DNA of 56,351 nt, filler included, from Trypethelium eluteriae (taxonomy: Eukaryota), in NCBI GenBank assembly GCA_051942245.1. It is 3 parts of 3 records of this genome, joined end to end, with 100 filler letters (N's around TTAATTAATTAA, not from the genome) between each part and the next. Parts side by side here need not be neighbours in the genome. Positions count along the whole stretch, not along the records: positions 1 to 18,776 come from JAVECL010000550.1; 2 more parts are not named here. One strand, given 5' to 3'. Made by a program: the position numbers and the translations under genes. Shown here in pieces: positions 1 through 11,740 of the stretch. Position 1 is the first letter of the stretch. Each line of letters begins with the position of its first letter. The notes beneath the pieces were generated by a model that saw only the letters and a program-made list of their open reading frames with translations, searched no databases and was not told the origin of the DNA.

Positions 1-1
1 G

Positions 2-376
2 GGGGCAAGGGTTGGGGGTAAGAGAAAGAGACGAGACGGAGAGGAAGGAGAGGAGAGCTCGAGCGGACCATCGTGGTGGGGGATGCGTACCAGTCTCATT
101 GCCACCGTCGCGGGCATCGAAGATGCGATCACAAGGCTCGATGAGGTTGTGAGAGAAAGCGTGCAGAGTGGCGGGGATGCAAGTGCGACGACGGCAGGGG
201 CGAACTCGAGTACGGTTGCGGCTTCCATTGGTGGAGCCGTGGCAGCGGCCAAACCACCACAAAACTCGCAGGCAGGAAGACAGGTAGGTGCGGCGAAGGG
301 CCCGGGAGCAGGAGTAAATGCAGGTGCTCAGAAGATCAAGCAAGAGAAGAAAAATGATGTGATAGAATTGGATTGA
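2..376 (+). CDS. 3' end of a hypothetical protein gene (5' part outside the window)
   Basis: The frame of ORF 83..376 is open back to base 2 (GARVGGKRKRRDGEEGEESSSGPSWWGMRTSL...). It has an amphipathic segment LIATVAGIEDAITRLDEVVRE, a low-complexity tail and ends KKNDVIELD*. Family not recognised. Confidence 0.5.
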   Translation, partial: GARVGGKRKRRDGEEGEESSSGPSWWGMRTSLIATVAGIEDAITRLDEVVRESVQSGGDASATTAGANSSTVAASIGGAVAAAKPPQNSQAGRQVGAAKGPGAGVNAGAQKIKQEKKNDVIELD

Positions 377-2448
377 TCGTTCGATTGGTACCTAGATGGA
401 CGGACGGATGGCACGCAAACAGCGTCTTGGCTAGGCGCTTGGCATATCGGGGATTTCATTTTCACTGCAGGAAGCAGTGAAGGAGATCTGGGTAGCCATG
501 GATAAAAATCATGGAGGGTGGCAGCGCAAGGCTCGGGATTTCTTGTGATTTTTAGCCTTTCCGGGTGTGTCTCCTCAACCCCAGTATTGTCTTTGGTTCG
601 ATCTTATTATTTTCTGGGAGCTTGTGGTCAATTGCAGATATCCATTGGCTGCTACGGCATGCTTCTACGGCTGGACCTTATATCCCTGGGAGGTTTTCAC
701 TGGTGGGTCAGGGTTTTCGCGTTTTTTCTCGTATCCTCATGTACACTACTACGAGATGGGATAGTTGAGAGATTGCCTCGAATGGAATGAATGATGACGA
801 TTGAAAATGTGGCCTTTCCTAAGCTCATGAAACGCGCTTGCCGGGTTTGAGGGTCTCTCAGGGCGACGTTTCGCCACCGTGACCAGAATCTCTACGCATT
901 AACTAATCCAGGTGCAATTCGAGGACAATTATATTTCGCAGGTCAACCCGCAACTTCGACGGACTAGCTCTTCCCCTTCCATCCTCAGCCATTCCTCGAG
1001 TAACACACCTCTCAACAGCCGAATGTCTACACTCGTCCTCATTGCCCCGATTCGCGCGACCGTCGCCGCCTAAGCTTAGCTTTGAGTCCTTGGCAGACTA
1101 CAACGTTGATGTTCCCCAAGGAGCCTCTTTAGTTGGGCATGGACACTGCGTGTTCGCGTATGTACGATTGAGTCTAATATAGCTCTACCTGCTCCAGCAA
1201 ATCTTCGAGGAATAAGATCCAGCCTCATTGGAGGAGTAGGGTAAGTGTCCTGCACATCCTTTCTATCCTCATTCGACGGGCCGAAGGAAGTCCCAAAGGA
1301 GGCTCTCTCTTTTACATTTCCGGGAATTCATGTGTACTACAATAGAGTTCCAGCCAAGTTTGACGACACGGTGAATCGGAAGATGGGTGAGAAACATGGC
1401 AGTCTGAAAGTGCGCCACGCAGTCATTCGCACGATACCAGGCTCTAACACTACCCAACAATACTTTCAAACAGAGAAGCCCTAACTGTTCCTCCTGCACT
1501 TCCCACGACAGGGAGATGTGACCAACGCTACGTAGTCCTTCATCGACCCACCGAATCATAAACGGCTCGACGCTTCCTCGAGCTCACCAACGGGCAGTCC
1601 GCTACCCATTTACAAGGCGCTGGCATGCAGCCACGAATATAAGCTTTCTAGCGGCCTAGTACAGGTGAAAATCCTGCGCCTAAGCCCCTGATTTTCGGGT
1701 TTGCTGACCTCGTGGTCGATACACACAAACATTGTGGAGAAGGAGGATCTCTAAAATAAAGACCCAAATTTCGGCTCCGGCCGAAGCCGACCTCACTGTT
1801 TTCTTGGACAGCTTGGAGCACTCTCCTGAATTTCAGGAGTCCTCATTATGGCTGGTCGAATGGCATCTTTCTCAGAATCGAGAATCTCAAGATGATTCTC
1901 AACGCCGGTCAGCCGCTTAGGTAGGTGCTCTAATCTAGCATAAGCTCGCGACACGAGCCGCGTCGACCTTCAAGGAATTACTTATACTGGGTCCACTGCA
2001 CGTTGCCATTGGACTACCTGGATCTTCTATTGTCAAGCGATGGTATTCTCTGCGTCGTCAAGATATTCCATGACTGCCGAAATTCCTCATCGAGATAATG
2101 CCTATTGCGACATTTCGACTGTGGCAATATTTTGCCCGCTCGTCCGTCAGGTTACTGCCACTCTACCGAATTGGACTAGAAATATGTCAGAATAACGTGA
2201 TAGATCATGGCCTCATGTGGTTTCAATTACGCTGTCATCCCAAGATTTACTTCCCCAACTCCGAGTATCTGTGCGGGTTTGACGTTTGCGATGGTCCTAC
2301 ACTGCCCGAGTAGAAGGCGAACTTTTTTTCAGTGTTTAGCCCTATTATTTAAAATCTGGTATATTTTCCATCCTTCGCACTATTGATTCGGTATGTATCC
2401 ATCAATGCCTTTTCTCTGTTTTCCCTTTTCAAAATCGGAGGATACCCC

Positions 2449-3399
2449 ATGGCACTCCCGCCCCCTGCGTATATTCCCAAGGATCCTGGACAAGATCGGT
2501 CTCCAATCCGGTCCCAAATCATCCTCATCGAGACCAGCCCTACCATTAGCCAAGCTCACGAAAAACCGCTCCCGAAAACGCCAAACCGCCTCCGTACCTA
2601 CGTCCCCCGCCTCCCCGAACGCCTCCGCGCCCATCTCCTCAGCCCCATCCACACAACGCTCTACACCGAGCTCGAGCTCCTCCTCCTCTCCTTCTTCATC
2701 GGCATGCAAGACGCCACCACCTACCCAGACTACCACTGCTTCGCCTCCAACCAGACCGGCAACACCATCTTCCTCGCCCTCTCCGCCCTCCACCCCGGCA
2801 CCGTCAAGACGCTCTTCACGCCCCCCAACGTCAGCACGGCGCTGGGCCTCTTCCTCCTGGGCGGGTGGTCCACCGGGCAGCTCGGCCACCGCCTCCCAGC
2901 CTCGCCGCGCACGCGCGCCTGGGTGCTCGCGACCAGCGCGCTGCAGACGGCGCTGGTGCTCGCGGCGGCCGCGCTGCAGTTCCGCGTCCTGCCGACGCGG
3001 TCCGAGGAGAAGGAGGAGGTGGCGCTCACGGCGGGGACGGGCGCGGGCGCGGGTCCCGCGCTGGGCGTCCTCGCGCTGCTGGCGTTTGCGTCCGGCTCCC
3101 AGGTCGTGCTGTCTCGCAGCTTGAAGGTGCCGGAGATCAGCACGGCGATGGCGACGGCGGCTTGGGTCGACTTGATTATCGATCCGCAACTGTTTGGGAG
3201 AGGGGAAAATCGGCCGCGGAATCGGCGGTTGTGGTTTCTGGGGACGTTGTTGGCGGGGGGGTTTGCGGGCGCGGGGGTGTATCGGTATTTGGGGTCGAGT
3301 TGGTCGATATTGATATCTGGGATTGGGAAGCTGATTGTTACGATTATGTTTTTATTCAACGAGAGTGAGGACAAGGGGCTGGACGACGAGAACGTATGA
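2449..3399 (+). CDS. DUF1275 (YoaK-like) multi-pass membrane protein
   Basis: Motifs GMQDATTYPDYHCFASNQTGNT and ISTAMATAAWVDL, typical of fungal DUF1275 proteins, plus several hydrophobic helices. ATG chosen at 2449 (MALPPP). Confidence 0.8.
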   Translation: MALPPPAYIPKDPGQDRSPIRSQIILIETSPTISQAHEKPLPKTPNRLRTYVPRLPERLRAHLLSPIHTTLYTELELLLLSFFIGMQDATTYPDYHCFASNQTGNTIFLALSALHPGTVKTLFTPPNVSTALGLFLLGGWSTGQLGHRLPASPRTRAWVLATSALQTALVLAAAALQFRVLPTRSEEKEEVALTAGTGAGAGPALGVLALLAFASGSQVVLSRSLKVPEISTAMATAAWVDLIIDPQLFGRGENRPRNRRLWFLGTLLAGGFAGAGVYRYLGSSWSILISGIGKLIVTIMFLFNESEDKGLDDENV

Positions 3400-4528
3400 T
3401 GTGGAGAAATGACGTGCATTGCATGAGGCTCTGAAGGATGGGCACTCAATCTTCGCATGGATTTGCATATCATGTGGATTAGACATACCTGGTGAGGTTA
3501 AGTATTGCTGCATTTGCACAATAGTTGTCAATATAGCTCCCACGGGGTACAATCGTTCGTCTGGTCTCTCATCGCCAGCATAGAGCATTAGGGATTTCTC
3601 AAGACGTAGACTTGTGAGGAAATGCAGTAGGTACGTACTATACTTCAAGGCCTGTACTTAAGCACAAATACACCTACATACCAAAATGGGGACTACAGCT
3701 CGAGATTTCCTCGTTGCTGCAGGTGCCCAACTATGCGTTGGACATGTTTCCCAACCATAACCAGCCAAGCAAGCTGGCGGCGCCGCGTTTCGAGCCTCCG
3801 ATCGATCAGTTGTCGGAGGCATTTGGTGGAATCAATAGAAAACGGGCTGAGGCAGTGAAGCTTTTTTGAAGAATCGGCATTTGACTCGGCTCGGCTCTGA
3901 CCTGTGCTTGCCTATCACTTGCAGTGACTACGTCGTTTCCTAAGATTGATCCCATCGACGGTTGGAAGAAATAGGAGATTAGGGTTCAGATTTATGTATT
4001 ATCCACGGACCAGCAGTACATGGCCGGTACATTCGTGACCAATGGTTTCGCAAAGCATTTATGTAATATCAAGGTGTGGTTGAGCTCGGTTTACCTAAAA
4101 GAGCAGTCATTCTGCTTGTAGATCGTGAGATCTTGTTGGAAGACTCGTTACAACTTTGCATTAGAGGACAATGGATTGGTGCGTCCAAAGGTCTTCTTAC
4201 TCGGACCCACGGAAGTCATCGGACAGGTCGTGCAAAAATCTCATTAGTTTTTCTAGCGGCTGGTCAATGTAGTAATTAGGTTGGCATGGGATGCAACATC
4301 TAATAGACTGATGATACCCACGGTGGCAAGGGCAGGACAGGATAAGGATGATCCTTATGCAGCAAATGCTAGTGTTCGGTCATAAGTTAGGGCTGTTCCT
4401 ATTTCCATCAATAAACAGGGAGTAATGCAAGGCATTCTTCCGTCAGACTTATAATCCCTGAAGGCTACTCTCAGGCTCAAAATGGTTATTGACATTCCTT
4501 CCTATTCAATCTTTCGTCGCATCATAAA

Positions 4529-6042
4529 TTACTCGCCTGGAAAGCCCTTTCGCAGGTTATCGTATTTGGACTCGGGATACTCAAGAGTATTCGGCCGCTG
4601 CTCCATGTTGCAGCCACCGTGACCACCCATCCGCTCGACCACCTGCAGCAAAGCAAAAGTCAGTTTCTTTGAGAAGCAGCCTAGATTGCGGCGATTGGTG
4701 TAATGATCGGGCAGTGGCCACACTTACGGTATGCATTAGGCTCTCGCTTCCTTGTTTATCCGCACTGCTCTCCCACCACATAGCGCCGCCAAGCCCACTC
4801 TGCATAACATAATCGACTTTATGGGCAGCGATTTCCGGCGTATCATAAGTGACCATCATCTTCTGTTTCTTGACATACTCGTACGATGCGACGATCTCGT
4901 GGTCATGTTCCACTTTGGCGTCGGGATGTGGTAGAGCCTTCCCACTAGTCAGCCGCGTCGCTGATTTGCAGGTTTGTCATGTTGGAGCCATCCTACCTTA
5001 TAATCCCAAACGCCATTCTCCCAGCTACCTTCACCAACGCCACTGTAGGAATGGCCAGGACCTTTAGTATCTTGGAATGCGCGACCATAAAGTGGCATGC
5101 CAAGGACGATTTTGTGTGCCGGGACGCCAGCTGCAACATAAGCTTCTACAGCTCTCGAGGCGGCGAATGGAGTAGAATTTGGGTCCTTCCTTGACGGGAA
5201 GATGTTCGATTGGTGACCTGCGCGCTGGTCCCAACTGCCTGCAAAATCGTAGGCCATTCTATCGAACCGCTTAGCTCAAATGCACTGCAAATTCTCAAAT
5301 TAAGACCGTGCGGACTTACAGGTTCCAGAAGTCAAGATACCCGTCCATTTGCTGTAATAGCATCTTCCCATAGTTCTGCTCCCCAGCGGGGCTAGCTACA
5401 GTCAAACAAAATCGCCTTTGAGGATGACCACAGTGCCTCTCGTATCCGTCGAGCGCCTGCCTGGTCTCAGCCAGTAGAGCAACGAGGTCCCTTGCCTGAT
5501 TCGCATCTTGGGGATACTCCCAGTCTATATCAATGCCATCTAATCCCAAGTTCTTGAGAAGTGCAACGGACGAGTTCGCGAACGTAGCCCGACCCTGTGG
5601 AGTTGAGGCTGGTCCTGCAAAGTTAGAGGAGTAAGTCCATCCGCCAATGCTAAGCAAGACTTTCAAATTGCGGTTCCGTCGTTTGAGTAGACCGAACTGC
5701 TTGAGGCAGCCATAAATGTTAGTACCTTGATCATTCCACGAGTCGCTTGGATAGTGTTTGTCGGTGTCGGACCAGGGATCAGTCAGATAGCTTAAAGGTT
5801 ATCAGCAACTCCGAGCAAGAAACATTTGAAGGGGCCAGATTACACTTCTCCGCTTTCAGGACGAACATTTGCAAAAGCATACAGAATGTGCGTGAGCTTC
5901 TCTGCCGGTAAATCCTGCGGATTGTGGTTGCGCCCATAGATTGCCTGCACCTCTTAGCTATTACATCTGAAGATCATAGGGGGGCAAAACGAACCCAGTT
6001 CACAAAGTAAGCCACAGATCTGTAGCCAGGATGACCGCTCAT
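4529..6042 (-). CDS. GH18 class V chitinase (5 introns, no evident signal peptide)
   Basis: Spliced reconstruction: [26 protein letters not shown]..., [12 protein letters not shown], catalytic [31 protein letters not shown], ending [16 protein letters not shown]. Confidence 0.95.
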
Positions 6043-6990
6043 TCTAGATGCGGGGTGTGGAAGGTTTTCTTGAAAATTGAATGTACTCGAACGACAAAGT
6101 AAGCGAATTGGTTGATAGCCCAGATAATTAGCTGCGAAAACGCTTAACAACACTCCAGTGAATGCTAGGAGGTACGTTCTGGAATACGTTGTGGCGAACG
6201 TCAGCGATGTGGCTTAGCTGAGGCTGGGCACTCATTCGACTTCTTCAGAGTAGCAGAAGACTCAAAGCTTGTGGCGAAGAGCAAAAGGACTTTTCAGCAC
6301 CTATCGGAAGTCTTCGCTAGTTTGCGTAAAGAGAAGCTAAAAGTGCGAACGAAGTTGGGGTTCTGCTGTACTTCGTATTGGCCGAGTTATCCATGCATAA
6401 ACATGCTGAAGTGGGAAAACAAAGACATTTATGATACTTCGATCGCGTCTGTATACAAATAATGCAATTGGGAATACATTGTCAGGAAATGTTGATGATC
6501 CTACCTTAAGAACGAGGGACTAGGAGCCGTCGTGCGTGGTAATATACTCGCGCTTGCTTCTGCCAAGATTGATGATAGAATGCGAGTCAGATAGAGCGTC
6601 CATAAATCATGTGAGCTTAAACTCTGGCATCAAGACCGAATGCAGCAGAAGTGGGTGTTGATGCAATGAAGTTGCTCTGAGCTTTGCACGCCAGTGGAGA
6701 CGAGAGGGCGTCTGCGTTTGCTCTCCCCACACCGCTTCTATTTCACCTTGCCAATATGGCCACCATTCACTCAAGCTCAGAGCCACACGATTACGCTAGA
6801 GGCTCCACTTGCCCATTCATGTGAGCTTCCACTCTGACCACGATTGATCAGAGGGTTCGACCGACCACACGACCATGATCTGGATGTGGGAGCTCTCGGT
6901 CGTTGTGCTTATCACAGCGTCAGTCAAACAGATGCTTCCACCTTGAGTCACTTGCTTTGAATCGCTCAAGCATATTCAATTATCGCTGCC

Positions 6991-8206
6991 ATGACACCGA
7001 GAGTGCTTGGCAAGCGTAAATCTGCTACAGAGGCACCCGCGAGAGGCGACCAAAAGGAAGCAGATCCTGAAGTGCAACAAGAAGTCGAGACTTGGATCCT
7101 GGACTATGTATTATTCCAAGCTACGACGGCCCTCCTCAACCAGCACAATGCGGAGAGAGATGGTGAATCATTGCCTGAAGCTGGCAAACCCGATCTACCT
7201 CTGGCCATGGCTGATGGTATGCGTCCCCAACACATGATCTAGCTCTCCCTATCGTATTAACCCACATCTCGTAGCCTTTCTGGGGCAGTTCAAAGCGAAA
7301 CACCCCCCTCAAGCTATTTCATCGGACCTAAAGTTTCGTCTCCGCCTCCTCCAGTTTGTGTCCCTCTTTACGCGCCGTTTGCGACCCACGACCTGCTCAC
7401 CTACTGACGAGTCTCTCCAACGCCTTCGTAACATGCACCAGACTCGTGCTACAATGCGGAGGACCTACATTCCTCCAGACTTTGACGAGAGCCCTCGGAT
7501 ATGGAATGTCTTTCCGTTGTCCGAAATAAATCTCACCATCAATCGTGAGCTTGCTCTCAAAAGCCTCAAAGTTAAACAAGCAGCAAATAATGCGACATAC
7601 GGCTTTCAATCCTCAGTCGCCATGCTGGACCTCTTACCGCTATTCATGTCCTTGTCCGCTCACCTTTATCAGGAGACTGGTGGGGAAGTCAAGGGTCGTT
7701 GGTTAGAACTCGCAGCGGAGTTCATGCTACAGGCAGCGCTAGAGCAGTATCTTATACAAGGCACCTGCGGCACTGAGATTTTGCACGAGTGCTTCTCATT
7801 TGGATGGAGACCAAAAGACATAGCAAACCGCAAGGCAAAGCATAGGCGGAATAGCCATCATCTAGCCGATCATGAATATCAAGAGATGGACAAAGAGGAG
7901 GAGATCATAAATGATATGTTTTATGATGAAGATAACCACACTGAAATTGAAGGCTGGAAAGAAATCCGCGAAAGAATTATAGGCTTCTTCAAGCCAGAGA
8001 AGGACATAGGCATTGTCCGGCAACTGGAGCTGACCGCCTCGCAATATCCCGTATTCGACTTCGAAGGCAAGGTAATGTCCTTTCTCGGCGCGCTACTCAA
8101 GTCCCGAGATCTACCAATTCTTGTTCAGCTCGAAGAAGGCAAACTCGAAGGGATGTCTGCCAAGGAGACTGCTGAGCTGAAGGCAAAAGTTGGTCTGCAA
8201 TTATGA
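6991..8206 (+). CDS. Conserved-looking fungal hypothetical protein (intron 7217-7274)
   Basis: ORFs 6991.. and 7358.. join in frame through GTATGC...CTCGTAG. Helical motifs ILDYVLFQA, KFRLRLLQFVSLFTRR, WLELAAEFMLQAALEQY and PILVQLEEGKLEG. Function unknown. Confidence 0.75.
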
Positions 8207-8313
8207 ATCGAGCGATGATTGCTGATCTACGCAAAGCAATGTATAATACAATTAGATACGTAACAAGTTGCCACAAATTGACATTCTTTATATTCAGCCC
8301 CTCTTTTCGTCTC

Positions 8314-10701
8314 TTAATCCTCGACTCCCCACCTTCCCACCTCTTCCATCGCGGCCTCTCCTCCCTCGGCCAACTCAGGACGTCCCAAAACACCCGCAAC
8401 ACACCTCCACCCATCGCGGCCTCCACCCCACATCAACACCTCCTCCCTCATCCTCTGACCCGCACTCCTCTCCACCGCCTTTTCTCCCGCCCCAAACACC
8501 TCCTGCCACACCCGTCCCGCAATCGCGCGATCAAACAAGTATGCATAATACGTCGCCCCATACCCAAACAAATGGCCAAAGAACCCCTGCCACGCCGTCC
8601 CCTGCGGCTCCGGCACCGACGCCCACCGATTCACCACATCAAGATACACCCTCGTCGAATCCCAGCCGTCGCCAACCCTCCCGACCCCATGGTACGCCTG
8701 ATCCAGAGCCGCGAGCACAATCTGGGCCTCCGTCTCCGCCGCCTCCATGCGCTTCTCCACCCGCAGCCGGTCCTCGACCAGCGCGTACGGCAGCTCCGCG
8801 TCGGTCTCCCAATGCCGCGCGAACAGCGCGAGGGACTGTGGCGCCGTGGCGAAGTTCTCCATGAGGATCGAGGGCAGCTCGGCAAAGTCGGTGGCGCACC
8901 GCGTGCCGGACACGTTTTGTAGCGTCGTCCGGCCCAGGATGGAGTGCAGCGCGTGGCCCATTTCGTGGAAGAGGGTGCGGACTTCGGTGAAGGTGAGGAG
9001 GGTCGGTCGGGGGTTCGCGGGAGAGAAGCCGGAGGAGAATAGGGCGGAGGAGAGTGAGTGGGTTTGGAAGTCGCAGATGAGCGCGATGGTGGGGAGTTGG
9101 TAGAGGGAGCCGGTGTGGCGGTCTACCGTGGTGGCCATCCCGTCGTTGGCGGCTTCGGCGGGAGAGGAGAAGGGAGCGGGTGGTGGAGATGATTCGTCGA
9201 TTTCGGAAGTGGAGATGAGGCGGGAGCAGCGAAGAGTGAAGTGGGCCGGGTTGGGAGCTTTGCCTGGCCGAGCGAATAGATCACAGTAGACCACCGCGAT
9301 ATGGCCATCGTTTTCGTCGATGACATCAAGGCGGCGGACGTCGTCATTCCAGGTCTCTCCGGGAGGAGTTTCGTGGGGTACAAGCCGAATGCCATAGACA
9401 CGATAGAAGAGACGGGACAGTCCTTGCATAACAGTACCCAAGGAGAAGTAGGCAGAAAGCCGGTCGGGCGTGCGAGCCTTTGAGCGGAGACTGGACAGTA
9501 GTTGAGTCTTGTAGTAATCACGGTCCCAAGCATTAAGCTCGGTTGGGAAATTGTTGTTGTGTGCATCAGCTTTTTTGAGCTCAAGCAAATCCAATAGTTC
9601 TTCTTTTACGCGCGGACGATTGTCAGCTACAAGTGCTTCAAGGAAGCGATTGACAGCATCAGGAGTCTTTGCCATTTTGTCTGAGAGAGCCATGTGTGCA
9701 AAGGTATCGTAGCCGGATACGTGCGCAAGCTCTGCTCTCGTCTTCACGAGCTTTTCCATTTGAGCTATTGATCCTTTCGAGGCTGTCCTACTTGCCATAT
9801 AAATCTCTCGCCGAGCATCGGGATCTTCAACATTCCTCAATGCCATAGTAGCAGGGGTACCAACTGTGGGAAGAGTGACCGTACCCCATTTCGTCAACTG
9901 CCTGACCACAGTCGGATCCATGCCTTTCAGTCTGCTACTTGGAAAATCGAGATAAGATTTCGCAGGAGCCATGCTGTCAACAAATTCGGTACCGACTTCA
10001 GCAATTTCGCTAGATAGCTCTACGAACTTCTGCCGTGAGCTCTCAGGAAGATCGATTGCAGATCTGGAGAAGTCCTTTGCCAAAATTTGCGCGACAATAT
10101 TTTCCTCCCCAGTCCATGACTGTGTCACCTCAGGCATCGACATTGCCTTCTTCAATTGGTCATTAAGTCCAGTTGTAGTATTCAAAACGTTCATATATTC
10201 AAACATTTGTCCATATGCCTGCGAGGCTGCAGCCTGTATCCTTGGATCTGGATGCGTTGATCGTACAAAATCCGACAAGTCTATTACTCGACAAAGCAAG
10301 TCACTAAGTCTGTCCAAGTTTCTTGACATGTTCTTGAAGTCGTCCGCTGTTGACGCTGCCAGAACCTTGGCAACGATTCTTCTGCATTTTTGCAACGTAT
10401 TTGCTGCGAACTCTTGGAATCCTTCAGGCCGCGTGAGATATCTATTCTGGAAGAGACCCTTGCTCTTGACATTCTGTAACCTCGTTCGCTGTGAAAATTC
10501 TTTCCAAAAGGGTTGCGAATCGAATATCATTCGTATCGTACGATCATCGTTGGAGGCGTTGGGCGACGAATGATTGGCAAAGGGAACAAGGAGTCTCTGC
10601 GCAGTTGCAGCAGCTTCTACAACACCGATTTTGCATCGTTTCTGCTGGGTTTTGAGGCATCTTGTACAAATCCAAGCAGGACGTTGGAGCCTCTTTAGCA
10701 T
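8314..10701 (-). CDS. OCT1: Mitochondrial intermediate peptidase (peptidase M3A)
   Basis: Intronless ORF with Arg-rich presequence MLKRLQRPAWICTRC, DRLSDLLCRVIDLSDF, zinc motif LFHEMGHALHS, GTRCATDFAELPS and FGHLFGYGATYY. Confidence 0.95.
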   Translation of the reverse strand: MLKRLQRPAWICTRCLKTQQKRCKIGVVEAAATAQRLLVPFANHSSPNASNDDRTIRMIFDSQPFWKEFSQRTRLQNVKSKGLFQNRYLTRPEGFQEFAANTLQKCRRIVAKVLAASTADDFKNMSRNLDRLSDLLCRVIDLSDFVRSTHPDPRIQAAASQAYGQMFEYMNVLNTTTGLNDQLKKAMSMPEVTQSWTGEENIVAQILAKDFSRSAIDLPESSRQKFVELSSEIAEVGTEFVDSMAPAKSYLDFPSSRLKGMDPTVVRQLTKWGTVTLPTVGTPATMALRNVEDPDARREIYMASRTASKGSIAQMEKLVKTRAELAHVSGYDTFAHMALSDKMAKTPDAVNRFLEALVADNRPRVKEELLDLLELKKADAHNNNFPTELNAWDRDYYKTQLLSSLRSKARTPDRLSAYFSLGTVMQGLSRLFYRVYGIRLVPHETPPGETWNDDVRRLDVIDENDGHIAVVYCDLFARPGKAPNPAHFTLRCSRLISTSEIDESSPPPAPFSSPAEAANDGMATTVDRHTGSLYQLPTIALICDFQTHSLSSALFSSGFSPANPRPTLLTFTEVRTLFHEMGHALHSILGRTTLQNVSGTRCATDFAELPSILMENFATAPQSLALFARHWETDAELPYALVEDRLRVEKRMEAAETEAQIVLAALDQAYHGVGRVGDGWDSTRVYLDVVNRWASVPEPQGTAWQGFFGHLFGYGATYYAYLFDRAIAGRVWQEVFGAGEKAVERSAGQRMREEVLMWGGGRDGWRCVAGVLGRPELAEGGEAAMEEVGRWGVED

Positions 10702-10869
10702 CGCAGCGTTTGCGGAGTAGATGATAAGGTTGACGGAAGAGACTTTGGTATAAACATGCACTAATTTGTGCTGCTTATGCAGTTATGCAAGATATCTGGT
10801 CCCTGAAATCTTTCTTCCACCACTACCCCGTCAGTCCACACAGGAATTGAAGGCCCGCAACGCCCCGGA
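10702..10869. promoter_or_regulatory. Compact bidirectional promoter shared by OCT1 and MIC26
   Basis: Only 168 bp separate the two divergent ATGs. Confidence 0.6.
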
Positions 10870-11740
10870 ATGGCCTTCAACCCTGTCTTACGTCGGGTAC
10901 GATATCTGCTGATCATTGAAGAGCTATTACTGACCATTTCTAGCGCCTCCTTGCACCCGCTGCCGCAACAGCATGTACTGCAGGCCTGGTCCTAATTCCG
11001 AAGAGAAGACTCCATGCGGAGTCCCCCTCGGAAGATATTCTTGTATGAAGTGAAACATTTGAACTAAGCCTTGTTTTCAGATTTTGACTTGTTCCCAGTC
11101 TATACGGAAACCCATCTACGATAACCCAGATGCAGCACCGACCTCATCGAGTACCCCCTCAACTCCAAACTCAAGCTCAACACTCATACCCTCTACTTTC
11201 GAATCAACTCCCAAATCCTCCTCTCCAACTCCAACAGACCGTCTAGCGGCCGAAGTCAAACGAACACGTCTCTTTCTCCACCGCTATGCCGTCTCTACAG
11301 AAGACTCCCTCAACTCCCTCTTAACCTCCGCCTTCAAACTCGAAAACTCCTTCACCCAGACGATCGCCTCCCTCGCCCCACCTCGCGAATCTAAGGAACA
11401 GCTGCTTCCCGGCGCCATCTACGTGCTCGTCTCTGCCATGGCTGGCTCGATCATCACCCGACGCTCCAACATCTTGCTGCGGTTCTTCGTGCCTGTAGCA
11501 GCGGGCATAACAGCAGGGAATTTCTTCATACCAATCACGACGCGCAACGTTGGGCAGCTGATATGGAGGTATGAGGAGAGATTTCCTGTGGTGGCAGATA
11601 CACATCGGAGAGTACAGGAGAGGACGGAGCGATTTTGGGAGACGGGGAAGGCACATAGTGCGATGACATTGGCGATGGCACAGGATAAGGTCAAGGAAGG
11701 GAGGGATGCGGTGGAAGATTGGGTGAAGAAGGGTAGATAA
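10870..11740 (+). CDS. MIC26: MICOS complex subunit Mic26/Mic27 (ApoO family); exons 10870-10896, 10944-11042, 11099-11740
   Basis: Spliced N-terminus MAFNPVLRR|RLLAPAAATACTAGLVLIPKRRLHAES..|SIRKPIYD, then PTPTDRLA, LLPGAIYVLVSAMAGSIITRRSNILLRF and PITTRNVG. Confidence 0.85.

Noticed and set aside
1021..1484. Possible small spliced gene with GTAAGT donor and a 79-aa ORF
   Set aside because: Could not assemble a stop-free model or recognise a family.
2380..3473. Long antisense/alternate-frame ORFs over the DUF1275 gene (also over OCT1, the multicopper oxidase, the GLEBS gene, CUZ1 and NOP7)
   Set aside because: Low-complexity translations confined to GC-rich skewed islands where stop codons are depleted; shadows of the real genes.
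3794..3820. Inverted repeat GCCTCCGA...TCGGAGGC
   Set aside because: Isolated 8-9 bp stem between convergent genes; expected by chance in 56 kb.
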